From the human T2T-CHM13v2.0 reference genome, Homo sapiens: DNA of 64,000 bases. Location of the stretch: NCBI RefSeq assembly GCF_009914755.1, contig NC_060941.1; one strand, 5' to 3'. This document shows positions 31,900 through 45,808 of this stretch, piece by piece (the first letter of the stretch is position 1; each line of letters opens with the position of its first letter). The notes beneath the pieces were generated by a model. That model ran no database searches. It was given only the letters and a program-made list of their open reading frames with translations, and was not told the DNA's origin. The position numbers were made by a program, and so were the translations under genes.

Positions 31900-33400
31900 G
31901 TAAAAATTGGAGACATTCATTTACTTATACTTTCAAAATACAAGTATTGAGCATAAACTGTTCAAGGCACAATCCCAAGTGGAAGGATACAAGGATGAAC
32001 AAGTAAGACCCCCAATTTACACTCATGTAGCTTGTATTTTAATCAGAGAGAAAGACATTATTATAGTTATTATAAGTAATAAATGATGATATCATATAAC
32101 AGGGACATCTTAACTGTTCTGGAGGGACTAGGAAGTGAAGAGTATCACAAGGCGAAGCTTCCAAGGTGCGAAAGGACTTCTTTAGGGTTTTGGCCTTTAT
32201 GCTAAGAGCAAAGGGATGGTTTTAAGCTACAGAGTGTTGTGATCAGCCTATTATTTTTAAAAAGCTCTCTCTGCCTGCAGTTTAGAATAGATTTGTGAAG
32301 TAAGAATAGGTATGTGGAAGACCAGGCAGTAGATGATAGTAGTTTGGACAAGGAAGATGACAGTAAAGATAAAGAGAAATCGATGGTCTTGAAAGATGTT
32401 TAGGAGTAGTAAAAAAAAGTTAATGATTGATTGGATATGGGGGAATGAAGGACATGTAGATTTCAAGGCTGATTCCTAGCTTTTAGCTTGAGCCAACTAT
32501 GTAGATAATGTTGCCATCCACTATGATAGAGTGGTATGGGAACAAAAGCAAGTTTTAAAGAGAGGAGGGTAAGGTCATGAATTCGTCTTGGCTGTGTTGC
32601 GTTTGAAGTGCCTATTAGTAGTGAGATTGAGTCTGACTCTCAAGGGAGAGAATTAGGCTTGGGATATAAAGTTGGAATTCATAGGTTATGAATGGCAATA
32701 GAAGCTAAGGGAGTAGATGAAATCATTTAGGGAGAAAATGTTAAGTGAGAAGAGATGGGGGTCTAAGATGGGACCTTGAGTCATATCACATTGAGCTCAC
32801 ATAAACACTTGAAGGTTATAGAGAGGAAGTTGAACTGACAAAGGAGAGAGAAGGAGAGACTAGATAGCCAAAGCTCTGAAGAAAACCAGGGCAGGAAAAA
32901 GTCTTGGAAATCAGGTGAAGAGATCAATTTCAGAAAGAAAGAATTGTCAGATGTATAAAATGTAATTGGAAGGTTATGTTAGTTAAGGCTTGAGAAGTGT
33001 CCATTTGATTTAGCAACAAATGAATCACTGAATCATAGTGAGATCCATTTCAGTGAGGGAGCAAAAACTATTTTGAAATGAATTAAAGAGTAGGTGGGAG
33101 GTGAGGAAATGAAAACAGCGTGTATACACAATTCTTTTCAGACACTTTGTTGTAAAGTTGAGAAGTGAGACAAAATCTGGAGAAAGAAATAGGATCAAGA
33201 GAGAGTTTAAGAAAGGATCCAGTACAGTGGGAGATATTGGGGATGAAAATGAAAGAGAAGTAGTCTATTATATAAATCTTCCAAAAAAGAAAGGAGGGAG
33301 GGAGGGAGATTTAGTGCCAAGCAGAGAAGATGGCCTTAAATTGGAGGAGACACCTCCTCACTGGAAGGAGGAAGATGGTTTGACAGTGTAAATGTGAGTC
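31900..33400 (-). mobile_element. Degraded L2 LINE
   Basis: cattcattta...aagtattgagcat start, then typical purine-rich L2 body; ends approximate. Confidence 0.55.
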
Positions 33401-34435
33401 CATTTCCTTTTGAGCAAGATGGCTTGGCAGTATAAACGTGAGCCCATTTCCTTTTGGTGACATCTATTTTTTTCTTTTTTTAATTTAAAATATTTAATTG
33501 ACAAATTGTATATTTTCAAGGTGTACAGCTTGATGATTTGCTATACATATACATTGTGTAATGATTACATCAATTAAATTAACACATCCATCACTACCCA
33601 TGCTGTATGTTAGATCTCCAGCATTTAGTTCTCTTATATGTGAAATTTTTTACCCTTTAACCAACATCTTTTTGATTCCCCCAACTCTCAGCCCCTGGCA
33701 ACCACTGTTTTACTCTCTGCTTCTGTGAGTTCAACTTTTTGGATTCCACCATATAAATGAGATCATGTGGTATTTGGTTTTCTGAGACTGGCTTATTTCA
33801 CTTAGCATAATGTCCTTATGGTTCATCCATGTCATTGTAAATGGCAAGATTATCTTCTTTTATATGGTTGAATAACATTTGTGTGTGTATGTGTGTGTGT
33901 TACATTTTCTTTATCCACTCACCCATTGATAGACACTTAGGTTGTTTCCATATCTTGGCTGTTGTGAATAATTCTGCAGTAAATATGGGAGTGCTGGTGT
34001 CTCTTTAAGATACTGATTTAATCTCCTTTGTACGCTCAGAAGTGGAATTGCTGTTTTATTTTTAATTCTTTAAAGGACCTCAATACTGTTTTCCAAAATG
34101 GCTATACCAATTCGCATGCCCAGGAACAATATAGAAGGGTTCCCTCTTCTCTATAGCCTTGCCAAATACTTACTATCTCTTCTCTTTTTGATAATGGCCA
34201 TCCTAACACACATGAAGTGACATTGTGGTTTTGATTTGAATTTTTCTGATTAGAGATATTGAGCACCTTTTCATATATTGGTTGGCCATTTGTATGTCTT
34301 CTTTTAAGAAATTTAGGTCCTTTGCCCATTTTTAAATAGGGTTATTTGTTTTCTTGTTTTTGAGTAGTTTGAGTTCCTTTTACATTTTGGATATTAGCTC
34401 CCTATCCAATTTATGATTTGTAAACATTTTATCCC

Positions 34436-36799
34436 TGTATTAGTCCATTCTTACACTCCTAATAAAGACATACCCGAGACTGGGTAAGTTATAAAGGAAA
34501 ACGGTTTAATTGACTCAGTTCAGCATGGCTGGCAAGGCCTCAGGAAACTTACAATCATGGCAGAAGGGGAAGCAAACATGTTCTTCTTTGCGTGGTGGCA
34601 GCAAGGAGAAGTGCTGAGCAAAAGGGGGAAAAGCCCCTTATAAAACCATCAGATCTCATGAGAACTCACTCACTATCACAAGAACAGCATAGGGTAACCA
34701 CCCTTATGATTAAATTACTTCTCGCCAGGTTTCTCCCATGACATGTGGGGATTATGGGAACTACAATTCAAGATGAGATTTGGGTGGGGACACAGCCAAA
34801 CCATGTCATTCTGTTCCTGGCCCCTCCCAAATCTCATGTCCTCACATTTCAAACCAAAATCATGCCCTTCCAACAGTCCCCCAAAGTCTTAACTTATTCC
34901 AGCATTAACTCCAAAGTCCAAGTCCAAAGTCTCATCTGAGACAAGGCAGCTCCCTTCTGCCGATGAGCGTGTAAAATCAAAAGCAAGTTAGTTACTTCCT
35001 TGATACAATGGAGGTACATGAATTGGGTAAGTATATCTGTTCCAAATAGGAGAAATCGGCCAAAAAAAGGGGGCTACTGGTCCCATGCAAGTCTGAAATC
35101 CAATAGGGCAGGAATTAAATCTTAAAGCTTTGAAATAATCTCTTTTGACTCCATGTCTCACAGATATAAGTGAGACTTATATCAGGTCACGCTGATATAA
35201 GTGGTAGGCCCCCATGGCTTTAGGCAGCTTTGCCCCCATGGCTTTGCAGGATACAGCCTGCCACCTGGCTGCATTCATGGCTTGGCATTGAGTGTCTGCA
35301 GCTTTTCCAGGGGCATGGTGCAAGCTGTTGGTGGATCTACCATTCTGGGGTCTGGAGGACAATGGCCCTCTTCTCACAGCTCCACTAGGCAGTGCCCCAG
35401 TGGGAACTCTGTGTGTGGGCTCTGCACCCCCATTTCCTTTCCATGCTGTCCTAGTAGAGGTTCTCTATGAGGGCTCTGCCCCTGCAGCAAACTTCTGCCT
35501 GGACACCCAGGCATTTCCATACATCTTCTGAAATCCAGGCAGAGGTTCCCCAATTTCAATTCTTGACTTCTGTGCACTTGCAAGCCTGACACCATGAGTC
35601 AGCTGCCAAGACTTGGGGCTTGCATCCTCTGAAGCAATGGCCAAGCTGTACCTTGGCCCTGTTCCCTGTTTAGCCATGGCTGGAGCTGAAGCAGCTGGAA
35701 TGCAGTGCACCATGTCCTAAGGCTGCATAGAGCAGGGGGGCCTGAGCCCACCCCACGAAACCATTTTTTCCCTCCTAGGCCTCCAGGCCTGTGATGGGAG
35801 GAGCTGCTGTGAAGGTCTCTGACCTTCCATGGAGACATTTTCCCCAATGTCTTAGTGATTAACATTTGGCTTCTTATTAATTTTGCAAATTTCTGCAGCC
35901 AGCTTGAGTTTCTCTCCAGAAAATGGAGTTTTCTTTACTATTGCATCATCAGGTTGCAAATTTTCCAAACTTTTATGCTCTGCTTCTGCTTGAATGCTTT
36001 GCTGCTTAAAAATTTCTTCCACCAGATACCCTAAGTCATCTCTCTCAAGTTCAAAGTTCCACAGATCTCTAAGGCAGGGTCAAAATGCCACTAGTCTCTT
36101 TCCATAGCAAGAGTCACCTTTAATCCAGTTCCCAACAAGTTTCTCATCTCCATCTGAGACCACCTCAGCCTGGACTTCATTGTCCATATCACTATCAGCA
36201 TTTTAGTCAAAGCCATTCAACAAGTCTCTAGGAAGTTCCAAACTTCTCACATCTTCCTGTCTTCTGAGCCCTCCAAGTCTCTAGGAAGTTCCAAACTTTC
36301 CCACATTTTCCTGTCTTGTTCTGAGCCCTCCAAACTGTTCCAACCTCTGCCTGTTACCGAATTCCAAAGTTGCTTTCACATTTTTCGACATCCTTACAGC
36401 AGCACCCGACTCTCTGTGGTACCAATTTACTGTATTAGTCAATTCTTACACTGCTAATAAAGACATACCTGAGACTGGGTGATTTATAAAGGAAAGAGGT
36501 TTAATTGACTCACAGTTCAGCATGGCTGGGGAGACCTCAGGAAACTTACAGTCATGGCTGAAGGGGAAGCAAACACGTGCTTCTTCACATGCTAGCAGCA
36601 AGAAGTGCCAAGCAAAAGGTGGAAAATTTGCTTATGAAACCATCAGATCTCAGGAGAACTCACTATCATGAGAACAGCATGAAGGTAACTGCCCCTGTGA
36701 TTCAGTCACCTCCCACTGGGTGCCTTCCATGACGTGTGGGGATTATGGGAACTACAATGCAAGATGAGATTTGGGTGGGGACACAGTCAAACCGTATCA
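34436..36799 (-). mobile_element. Full-length THE1 (MaLR): LTR 34436-34808, internal 34809-36430, LTR 36431-36799
   Basis: Two homologous ~370-bp TG..CA LTRs (tgtattagtc...aataaagacatacc); 5-bp TSD atccc/ctccc. Confidence 0.9.
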
Positions 36800-37265
36800 C
36801 TCCCAATCTGTGGGTTGGTTCTTCACGCCATTAACTTTCCTTTGCTGTACAGAAAAGCCTTTTAACTTGATGCAGTCTCATTTGTTTATTTTTGCTTTTG
36901 TTTTCCATGCTCTTGGGGTCATACCAAAGAAATCACTGCCCATACCATTGTCATGGAGATTTTTTCCCCATGTTTTCTTCTAGTAGTTTTACAGCTTCAG
37001 GTATTATGTTTAAGTCTTTATTCCATTTTGAGTTAGTTCTTCTATAAATGATGAGATAAGGGTCTATTTCACTCTTATGCATGTGGATACTCAATTTTTC
37101 CACCACTATTGAAGAGACTATCCTTTCCCTATTGGTATTCTTGGCATCTTTGTCAAAAATCAATTGACTATAGATGTGCAAGTTTATTTCTGGGCTTTCT
37201 ATTCTTATTCCATTGGTCAGTGCATCTGTTTTCATGCAACTACCATGCTATTTTGATTACTATAG

Positions 37266-37726
37266 TGTATTTGTTCATTTTCACACTGCTATAAAGAACT
37301 ACCTGGAACTGGGCAATTTATGAAGAAAAGAGGTTTAATTGACTCAGCTCCATAGGCTTAACAAGAAGCATGGCTGTGAGGCCTCAGGAAACTTACAATC
37401 ATGGCAGAAGGCAAAGGGGAAGCAAGGACCTTTTTCACACAGTGGTAGGAGGGAGACAGAGAGACAGAGAGAGAGAGAAAGTGCCACACACTTTTAAGCC
37501 ATCATCAGATCTCATGAGAACTCACTTATTATCACAAGAACAGCAAAGGGGAAATCCACCCCCATGATCCAACACACTTTTAAACTATCAGATATCATGA
37601 GAACTCACTCACTATCATGAGAACAGCAAAGTGGAAATCTGCCCCCATGATCCAGTCACCTCCCACCAGCTCCCTCCTCCAATTTGACATGAGATTTGGG
37701 CAGGGACACAAATCCAAACCATATCA
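37266..37726 (-). mobile_element. MST-type MaLR solo LTR with internal ~85-bp duplication
   Basis: tgtatttgttcattttcacactgctataaag...ccaaaccatatca; TSD tatag/tataa. Confidence 0.8.
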
Positions 37727-38065
37727 TATAACTTTGTAATGTATTTTGAAATGTGGTAGTGTGATGCCTTCAACGTTGTTCATTTTGATCAAAATTGCTG
37801 TGACTATTTGGGGTCTTTTGTGCTTCCATACAAATTTTAGGATTTTTTTTTCTATTTCTATAAAGAATGACATTGGAATTTTTATAGGAATTGCATCGAC
37901 TCTGTAGATCACTTTGGGTAGTATGGACATTTTAACAAAATTTATTCTTCCAATCTATGAACATAAGATATCATTCCATCTATTTGTGTCATCTTCAATT
38001 TCTTTCATTAATGTTTTATGGTTTTTGGTAAACACATATTTCACTTTGTTGGTTAAATTTACTCC

Positions 38066-39549
38066 TGTATTAGTCTGTTCTCACTCTGCTATAAAGAAAT
38101 ACCTGAGACTGGGTAATTTACAAAGAAAAGAGGTTTAATTGGCTTATACTTTCACAGGCTGTACAGGAAGTATAGTGGCTTCTTCTGAGGAGGCCTCAGG
38201 AAATTTACAATCATGGCAGAAGGTGATGGGGAAGCAGGAGCGTCTTACATGGCTGGAGCAAGAGGAAGAGAGAGGTGGGGAGGTGCTACACATTTTTAAA
38301 TGACCAGATATTGTGAGAACTCTATTACAAAACATGACCAAGGGGATAGTGCTTAACCATTTATGAAGGATCCACCCCTCCCCCACCAGGCCCCACCTCT
38401 GACACTGGGGTATTACAATTGAACATGAGATCTGGGTGGGGACACAGATTGAAACCTATCAGGGGAACCAGCCCCCGATAAGTCAACATAGGTTCTTTTC
38501 TATTTTCTCTAAGTGTCGGCTGGTCTGAGAAATAAAGGGAAAGAGTATGAGAGAGAAATTTTAAAGCTGGGTGTCTGGGGGAGACATCACATGTTGGCAG
38601 ATTCCGTGATGCCCCCTGAGCCGTAAAACCAGCAAGTTTTTATTAGCAATTTTCAAAGGGGAGGGAGTGTACGAATAGGGTGTGGGTCACAGAGATCATA
38701 TGCTTTAAGGGCAACAAAAGATCACAAGGCAGAAGGTCAGGGTGAGATCACAAGGTCAGGGGGAAACTAGAATCACTAATGAACTTCCACATCCCACTGT
38801 GTATGCATTGTCATTGATAGACATCTTAACAGGGTTCAAGAGCAGAGGACCGATCTGACTAGAATTTGCCAGGCTGGAATTTCCTAATCCTAGCAAGCCT
38901 GGGGGTGCTGCAGGAGACTAGGGCGTGTTTCATCCCTGTCTACATCTGCATAAGGCAGACACTCCCAGGGCAGCCATTTTAGAGGCCCCACCCTGGGAAT
39001 GCATTCTTTTCCCAGGGCTGTTAATTATTAATATTCCTTACTGGGAAAAGAATTCAGCGATATTTCTCTGACCCGTTTTTGGTAATAAGAGAAATATGGC
39101 TCTGTCCTGCCCAGCCCACAGGCAGCCAGACTTTAAGGTTATCTCCCTTCTTCCCTGAAAATCGCTGTTAATCCTGTTCTTAAGGTGCCCAGATTTCATA
39201 TTGTTCAAACACACATGCTCTACAAACAATTTGTGCAGTTAATGCAATCATCACAGGGTCCTGAGGTGACATACATCCTCAGTTTACAAAGATGATGGGA
39301 TTAAGAGATTAAAGTAAAGACAGGCATAGGAAATCACAAGAGTCATTGATTGGGGAAGTGATAAATGTCCATGAAATCATCACAATTTATGTTCAGAGAT
39401 TGCAGTAAAGACAGGTGTAAGAAGTTATAAAAGTATTAATTTGGGGAACTAATAAATGTCCATGAAATCTTCACAATTTATGTTCTGCCATGGCTTCAGC
39501 CGGTCCCTCCATTTGGGGTCCCTGACTTCCCACAACAGAAACCATATTA
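38066..39549 (-). mobile_element. MST-type MaLR solo LTR split by MER11
   Basis: tgtattagtctgttctcactctgctataaag...gaaacc [MER11] gaaaccatatta; TSD actcc/acttc. Confidence 0.8.
38457..39537 (-). mobile_element. MER11 (HERV-K HML-8) solo LTR
   Basis: Minus strand begins TGTTGTGGGAAGTCAGGGACCCC; 1081 bp; perfect 6-bp TSD gaaacc at 38451-38456 and 39538-39543. Confidence 0.85.
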
Positions 39550-42275
39550 ACTTCTATGTGTATTTGTTTTTAGATGCTATTGTAAATGGGATTATTTCCT
39601 AATTTTTAAAAGATAGTTGTTTGTGTACAGAATCAGTGGTATACACTGCTGATTTTTGTATGTTAATTTTGTATCTTGCAACTTAGCAGAATTTCTTTGC
39701 TAGTTCTAACAGTTTTTTGGTGGTATCCTTAGGGCTTTTTATATATAAGATTATGTCATCAGCAAACAGAGACAATTTTACTTTTTCCTTTTTTATTTAG
39801 ATGGCTTTTTATTTTTTTTTACTTGCATAATTGTTCTGGCTAGGACTTCCAGCACTATGTTGAAAAGAAGTAGTGAGAGTGGGTAACCTTATCTCACTCT
39901 TGATCTTAGAGCAAAAACCTTCAACTTTTCACCATTGAGTATGTTAGCTGTGGGGTTGTCATATATGGTCTTAATTGTGTTGAAGAACATTCCTTCTATC
40001 TATATCTATGTCATTGTTTTTATTATGAAAGAATTTTGAATTATATTAAATGCTTTTTCTGCATGACTGAGATGATAATATGATTTTAATCCATCCTTCT
40101 TTCTGTTAATGTAGTATGCTACATTTATTGATATGTATATATTGAACCATCCTTGAATTATAGGAATAAATCTCAGTTGATCATGGCATATGATCCTTTT
40201 AATGTGTTGTTGAATTCAGTTTGCTAGTATTTTCTTGAGGATTTTTGTATCTGTGTTCATCAGGGATATTGACCTGTGATTCTATTTTCTTATAGTGTTC
40301 ATATCTGGCTTTGGTATGAGAGTACGGCTGGTTTCAAACAAATGAGATTGGAAATGTTCTCTTCTCTTCATTCTTTTGGAAGAGTTTGAGAATTATTGCC
40401 ATTAATTGTTTCATTGCTTGGTAGAATTCACTTGTGAAGCCATCTGGTCATGGGCTGTTCTTTGTTGGGACTTTTTGATTACTGATTCATTTTCCTTGCT
40501 CATTATTGGTCTGTTCGGACTTTTTATTTATGCTTCAGTCTTGGTAGGTTGTCTATTTCTAGGAATTTATCTATTTCTTCTAGGTTATTCAATGTATTGA
40601 CTATAGCTGTTCATAATAGTCCCTATGATCCTTTATATTTCTGTAATATGAGTTGTAATGTTTCTTTTTCATTTATAATTTTATGTATCTGAGTCCTCTT
40701 TTTTTCTTGGTTAGTTTAGCTGAAGAATTGCCAATGTTTTTTATCTTTTGACAAAACCAAGTCATAGTTTTGTTGACCTTTTCTACTCTCTTTATAGTCT
40801 CTGATTCATTATTTCTGCCCTAATCTTTATTTCTTTCTCATTCCTTCTTCTGACTTTGACCTTAGTTTATTTTTTTCTGATTTCTTGGGGTGTGAAGTTA
40901 GGTAGTTTATTTGAAGTCTTTTTTTTTCTTAATGTTGGTATTTATCACTATAAATTTCCCTCTTATAACTGCTTTTTCAGCATCCCATAAATTTGAGTAT
41001 GTTGTATTTTCATTTTTATTTGTCTCAAGATATTTTTTTATTTCCCTCTTTGATTTCTTTTTTGATCCATTGGTTGTTCAGGAGTGTGTTGTTTAACTTT
41101 CACATATTTGTGAATTTTTCAAAATGTTCTTGTTATTTCTTTTTAGTATTATACCATTGTGGTTAGAAATAATACTTGATCTTAATATTTTTAAACTTGT
41201 TAAGACTTGTTTTGTGGCCAAATATGTAACCTGTCCTGGAAAATGTTCAGGTGCATTTAAGAAGAATATATATTCTGTTGTTTTGGGATGGAATGGTCCA
41301 GATATGTCTGTTAGACCCATTTGGTCTATATTGTTATTAAGTCTGCAGTTTCCCTTCTGATTTTCTGTCTGGTTGGTCTATCCATTGTTAAAAGTGGGAT
41401 ATTGAAGTCTTCTACTATTATATTGCTGTCTATTTCTTCCCTTAGTTTTGTTAATATTTACTTTATATTTTTAGGTGCTCTAATGTTGGGTGCATATATA
41501 ATTACAATTATTATATCCTCTTAATGGATTGATTCTTTTATCATTACATAGTGACCTACTTTGTTTCATGACAGAATTTGACTGAAATTAATATAAGTGT
41601 AGCCACTCATGTTATTTTTTGGTTACCATTTGCATGGAATAACTGTCTATCTCTACTTTCTGTCTACCTATGTCCTTCAGACTAAAGTGAGTCTCTTGTA
41701 GACAGCATATTTTTGGATCTTGTCTTTTAAATCCATTCAGCCACTCTGTTTCTTTCGATTGGAGAATTTAGTCTATTTACATTGTAAGTAATTATTGAAA
41801 GGACTTACTATTGCCTTTTAATTGGTAATTGTTTTCTGATTGTTTTGTAGATCTTTTGTTTCCTTCTTCTTTCTTGCTGTCTTTGTGATTTTTTGGGTTT
41901 TCTTAGTGGTACATGTTGATTTTTTTCTATTTATCTTTTGTGCATCTACCATAGGGGTTATTTTTGTGGTTAACATGGGGCTTACATAACCTTCTCTTTT
42001 TAGTGGATAACAACTTTAATCATATACAAAAACTCTACACTTTTATTTTTCTCCATGTTTTATGCCACAGTTTACATATTTTTATGTTGTGTATAAAATT
42101 TATATATATTAGTTTATATTAAATTATTATAGCTATAGTTTTAAAATCTTTTTGTATTTTAGCTTTTATACTAGAATTGGAAGTGAAATACACAGCACTA
42201 TTACAATATTAGAGTATTCTGATTTTGACTGTGTATTTAACTTTCCCTATGAGTTTTATACTTTCATATGTTTTC

Positions 42276-42389
42276 TCTTTTCCTTCCTTCCTTCCTCTCT
42301 CCTATTTTCTTTCTTTCTTTTTCTTTTCTTTTCTTTCTTTCTTTCTCTCTCTCTCTTCCTTCTTTTCTTTTCTTTCTTTCCTTCTCTTC

Positions 42390-42425
<36 letters not shown>

Positions 42426-42696
42426 TCATCTTTCTTTCTTTCTTGTCTTGCTCTGCTGCCTAGGCTGGAGTGCAGTGGCATGATCTCAGCTCACTGTAAC
42501 CTCTGCCTCCTGGGTTCAAGCGATTCTCCTGCCTGAGGGAGAATCAAGCAATTCTGCTGAGTAGCTGGGACTATAGGCACAAAATGGGGTTTCAACTTGT
42601 TGGCTAGGCTGGTCTCAAACTCTTGGCCTCAATTGATCCACTTGCCTTGGCCTCCTAAAATGCTGAGATTACCAGCGTGAACCACCATCTCCGACC
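42276..42696 (-). mobile_element. Old internally deleted Alu whose tail became a (CTTT)n microsatellite
   Basis: Alu body 42443-42696; TSD tcatatgttttc at 42264-42275 and 42697-42708. Confidence 0.8.
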
Positions 42697-45600
42697 TCAT
42701 ATGTTTTCATGTCGTACTTAGCATTCTTTCATTTCAATCTGAAGAATTCCCTTTAGCATTTTTTGTTAGGCAGGTCTTGTAGTGGTGAGCTCTCTGAGCT
42801 CTTGTTTGTCTGGGAATGTCTTTATTGCTTTTTCATTTCTGAAGGATACCTTTGCCAAGTACAGTATTTTTGCTTGTAGTGTTTTATTTCAGCACTTTGA
42901 ATATGTCATCCCACTCCTTTCTGACTTGCAGGGTTTCTGTTGAGAAGTCCACTGTTAGCTTTATGTAGGTTCCCTTGTATGTGATGAGCTGCTTTTTTCT
43001 TGCTTCTTTCAAAATTTTCCATCTTTGACTTTCACAATTTTATTACAATATCTTGGAATATTCTTTTTTTGGGTTAATTTGTCTTGTGATTCTATGAGTT
43101 TCATGGATCTGGATATGTATATCCTTTTCAAGATTTGGGAATTTTTAGCTAGTATTTCTTTAAATAAGCTTTTTGTCCCTTTTTCTCTCTTCTCCTTCTG
43201 ACACTGTCATAATTTATATATTTGTATGCTTGATGGTGTCCATAGTCCTTTATGCTTTTTCTTTTTCCTTTTTTGATCCTCTAATTGACTAATTTCTGAT
43301 GACAGATCTTTGAATTCACTAATTCTTTCTTTTGCATGATTGAGTCAGTTGTTGAAACTTTTTATTGAATTTTTCTATCTTTTATAGTATTATTCAGCTC
43401 CAGGATTTCTGGGGTTTTTTTTTTGTCTTTACTATGGTTTCTATTTCTTTGTTAAACTTTTCACTTTGTTCATGCATTGTTTTCCTAATTTTGTTTAGTT
43501 GTCTATTTTGGTTTTCTTGCTTCTCATTGAGCTTCTTTAAGATTATTATTTGAATTCTTTTTCATGCAGTTTATAGATCTCCATTTCTTTGGGGTTGGTT
43601 ATTGGAGCTTTATTAGTTTCATTTGGTGGTGTCATGTTTACATGATCCTTTGTTATCTGTGTAGTCCTGCATTGGTGTCTGAGTTTATTCAGGTTTAGTT
43701 CTTTCCACTCAAATGTAATAGGGTATAGAGAATGGCAGAGAAATTTAGGGAGTTGTCAAGAGAATGGCTATAAAGATAGGTTATGAATTTTCCTTAAATG
43801 GGAAGAGAAATAAAGATAAAAAAGAGGCTGATTTAGTTAAGAAGTAAAGAGACCAAATATTCAGGTGCTAATGGGGTTGAAGAAATGTTATGTCGGGAAT
43901 AGTCCAACAAGTAAGGTAGAAAATCAGAAAGGAGATGCTTTATGTAGTTAGTTTGGAGAATGGAGATTGGGCAGTTTTGTGATATTTTCTAGAGTGAGAT
44001 GAGACTATGGAAGAGGGGTAGTGGCAGAGAAGGTAGTCGAGGTGGAAGTTAGTATAGTCTATGAATCATCCATGTGGACATTGAAATCTCCCAGGAATGT
44101 GGTAAGGATTGGGTGGAAAGGAAAAGCAGGTGCCAAAATCTTTGATGAATGAAAAGTTAGTAAATGACCACAGTAGGTATGTGGAATAGCTAAATAATAT
44201 GAACTTCAAAGAAGGAAGAGTCTTCTATAGGAGGATAAGCAACAAGGGGAATTGAGAGGGGTATTATTTCTAGCTTAGGACTAAGGAGTTCTTGAACCAT
44301 GAGAGAATAATGGCCACCTCTTAAGAAGACTTACAGGGAAGGATTTTTATCAGGGGGAGGCAGATTTCAATTTAAACCAAGAAGTGGGTTGAGGGGAATA
44401 TTCCAAAGAGCATAAGAGATCTCATGTTTTCCAGGAGGGTCAATATTAAGTGAGGGTACAGCTAAGATTTGCTACCATAATCAGATCCTTCCATCTTTTC
44501 CTGACTCTTTGCTTAACATATGCCCATTTATTTATCGTTTTTCTCATTGTGAATAACCAAAGGAAATGGCAATGTGTAATTCGAATATTAGGATATAAAC
44601 TTTGGGAGAAAACTGGATATTAAAGTCTATTAAAATTATTTTAAAGTCCAACCCAAGATATAGCATTACAATAGCGAGTTGTTTCCAGTAATCAATAGAA
44701 AATAAGTGGAGGTGCATAATGACCCAGAGAGAATCTTCCCCAGGAACTGAGGTCCAGAGATGTATGACTGGATATTTTAACCTACTGGATCATAAGATTA
44801 GAAACATTTAATTGTATATTGTTCCTTTTAAGTAGACTGGTTACTATTCTCCAAGACCTTTGTTATGTCTTTAATGGATGAGATACTTGCTATTTTACTT
44901 GCTCATGTTGTATGAAAAATTGACATAGGTGGAAGGCCCATGCTACCCTCAGTACAGGTAAACTTGTAGTAGTAATACCATGGTTACAACAATGATGACA
45001 ATAATTGCCATAGCACTGTAGAAAGGCACAATACAGACATCTAAATATAAAGTAATGAGAGTAGGGTAGTGACTTTAAAAAATATGAAGTGACCTATTGC
45101 TATCAATATACTTACAAGGAAGAAATCCTTGTAAAATACAGAAGTAGCCAAAGAGATAGAAGACATAATAGAAACATATTTCTTAACAATTTTTAACTCT
45201 TGGTTACCATTTGATTGTGATAACCAAGGAGGGGGCACAATCCAGCAAACTAAACATCTGTAGATAACAAAAAACTAAAAATCTCTTGTATTTACAAAGG
45301 GCCAGAAAACCTACAGAACATGCTTCCCTCTCAAGGGATTCTAATCCCAATTAAATGGTTCATATAGTTATAGTGAAGAGTTTGCATTTTAAATATTTTT
45401 GACAGTACTTTAATCTAATTTTTAAATTTTTCTCATTTTATGTAAATAACATGTTTTAATTTATTTTTACTCAGCCTTAGGATGAAGGATTTCCTATCAT
45501 TTTATGAAGAAAATCAATAATTTCATTGACAGAAACTAGCTATGTTTTGTCAAGTAAGGTTTACCAAATATTCTATGTTTTATGGCTTGTGGTATACCTT

Positions 45601-45808
45601 TAGGTTCACCTACTTCCTATAGGGACGCATATGGTGGCACTTACCGGGTCTGCCTAGCTGCTCTCTATCATGTCTTAATATTGGTGACTAAGCACTTTTC
45701 TGTAAAATGTAACCAAAATGTTGAGATGTTTTTCTTTTCTCAGTACTTCTAAAGACAAATTGACATAGAGGGGAAAAAGAGACTCACAAGTTTTTGGCAG
45801 ATAAATTT

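Larger units (their letters stand above)
33466..43680 (-). mobile_element. Old L1 (L1MA-like), fragmented host of nested insertions
   Basis: 3' UTR/T-rich tail at 33466; ORF2 remnants in minus ORFs 36951-37235, 37724-37930 ([19 protein letters not shown]) and 41093-41320. Confidence 0.85.

Noticed and set aside
35177-35865. Overlapping ORFs in the THE1 internal region
   Set aside because: Short fragments of a decayed non-autonomous MaLR interior; no intact gag or pol.
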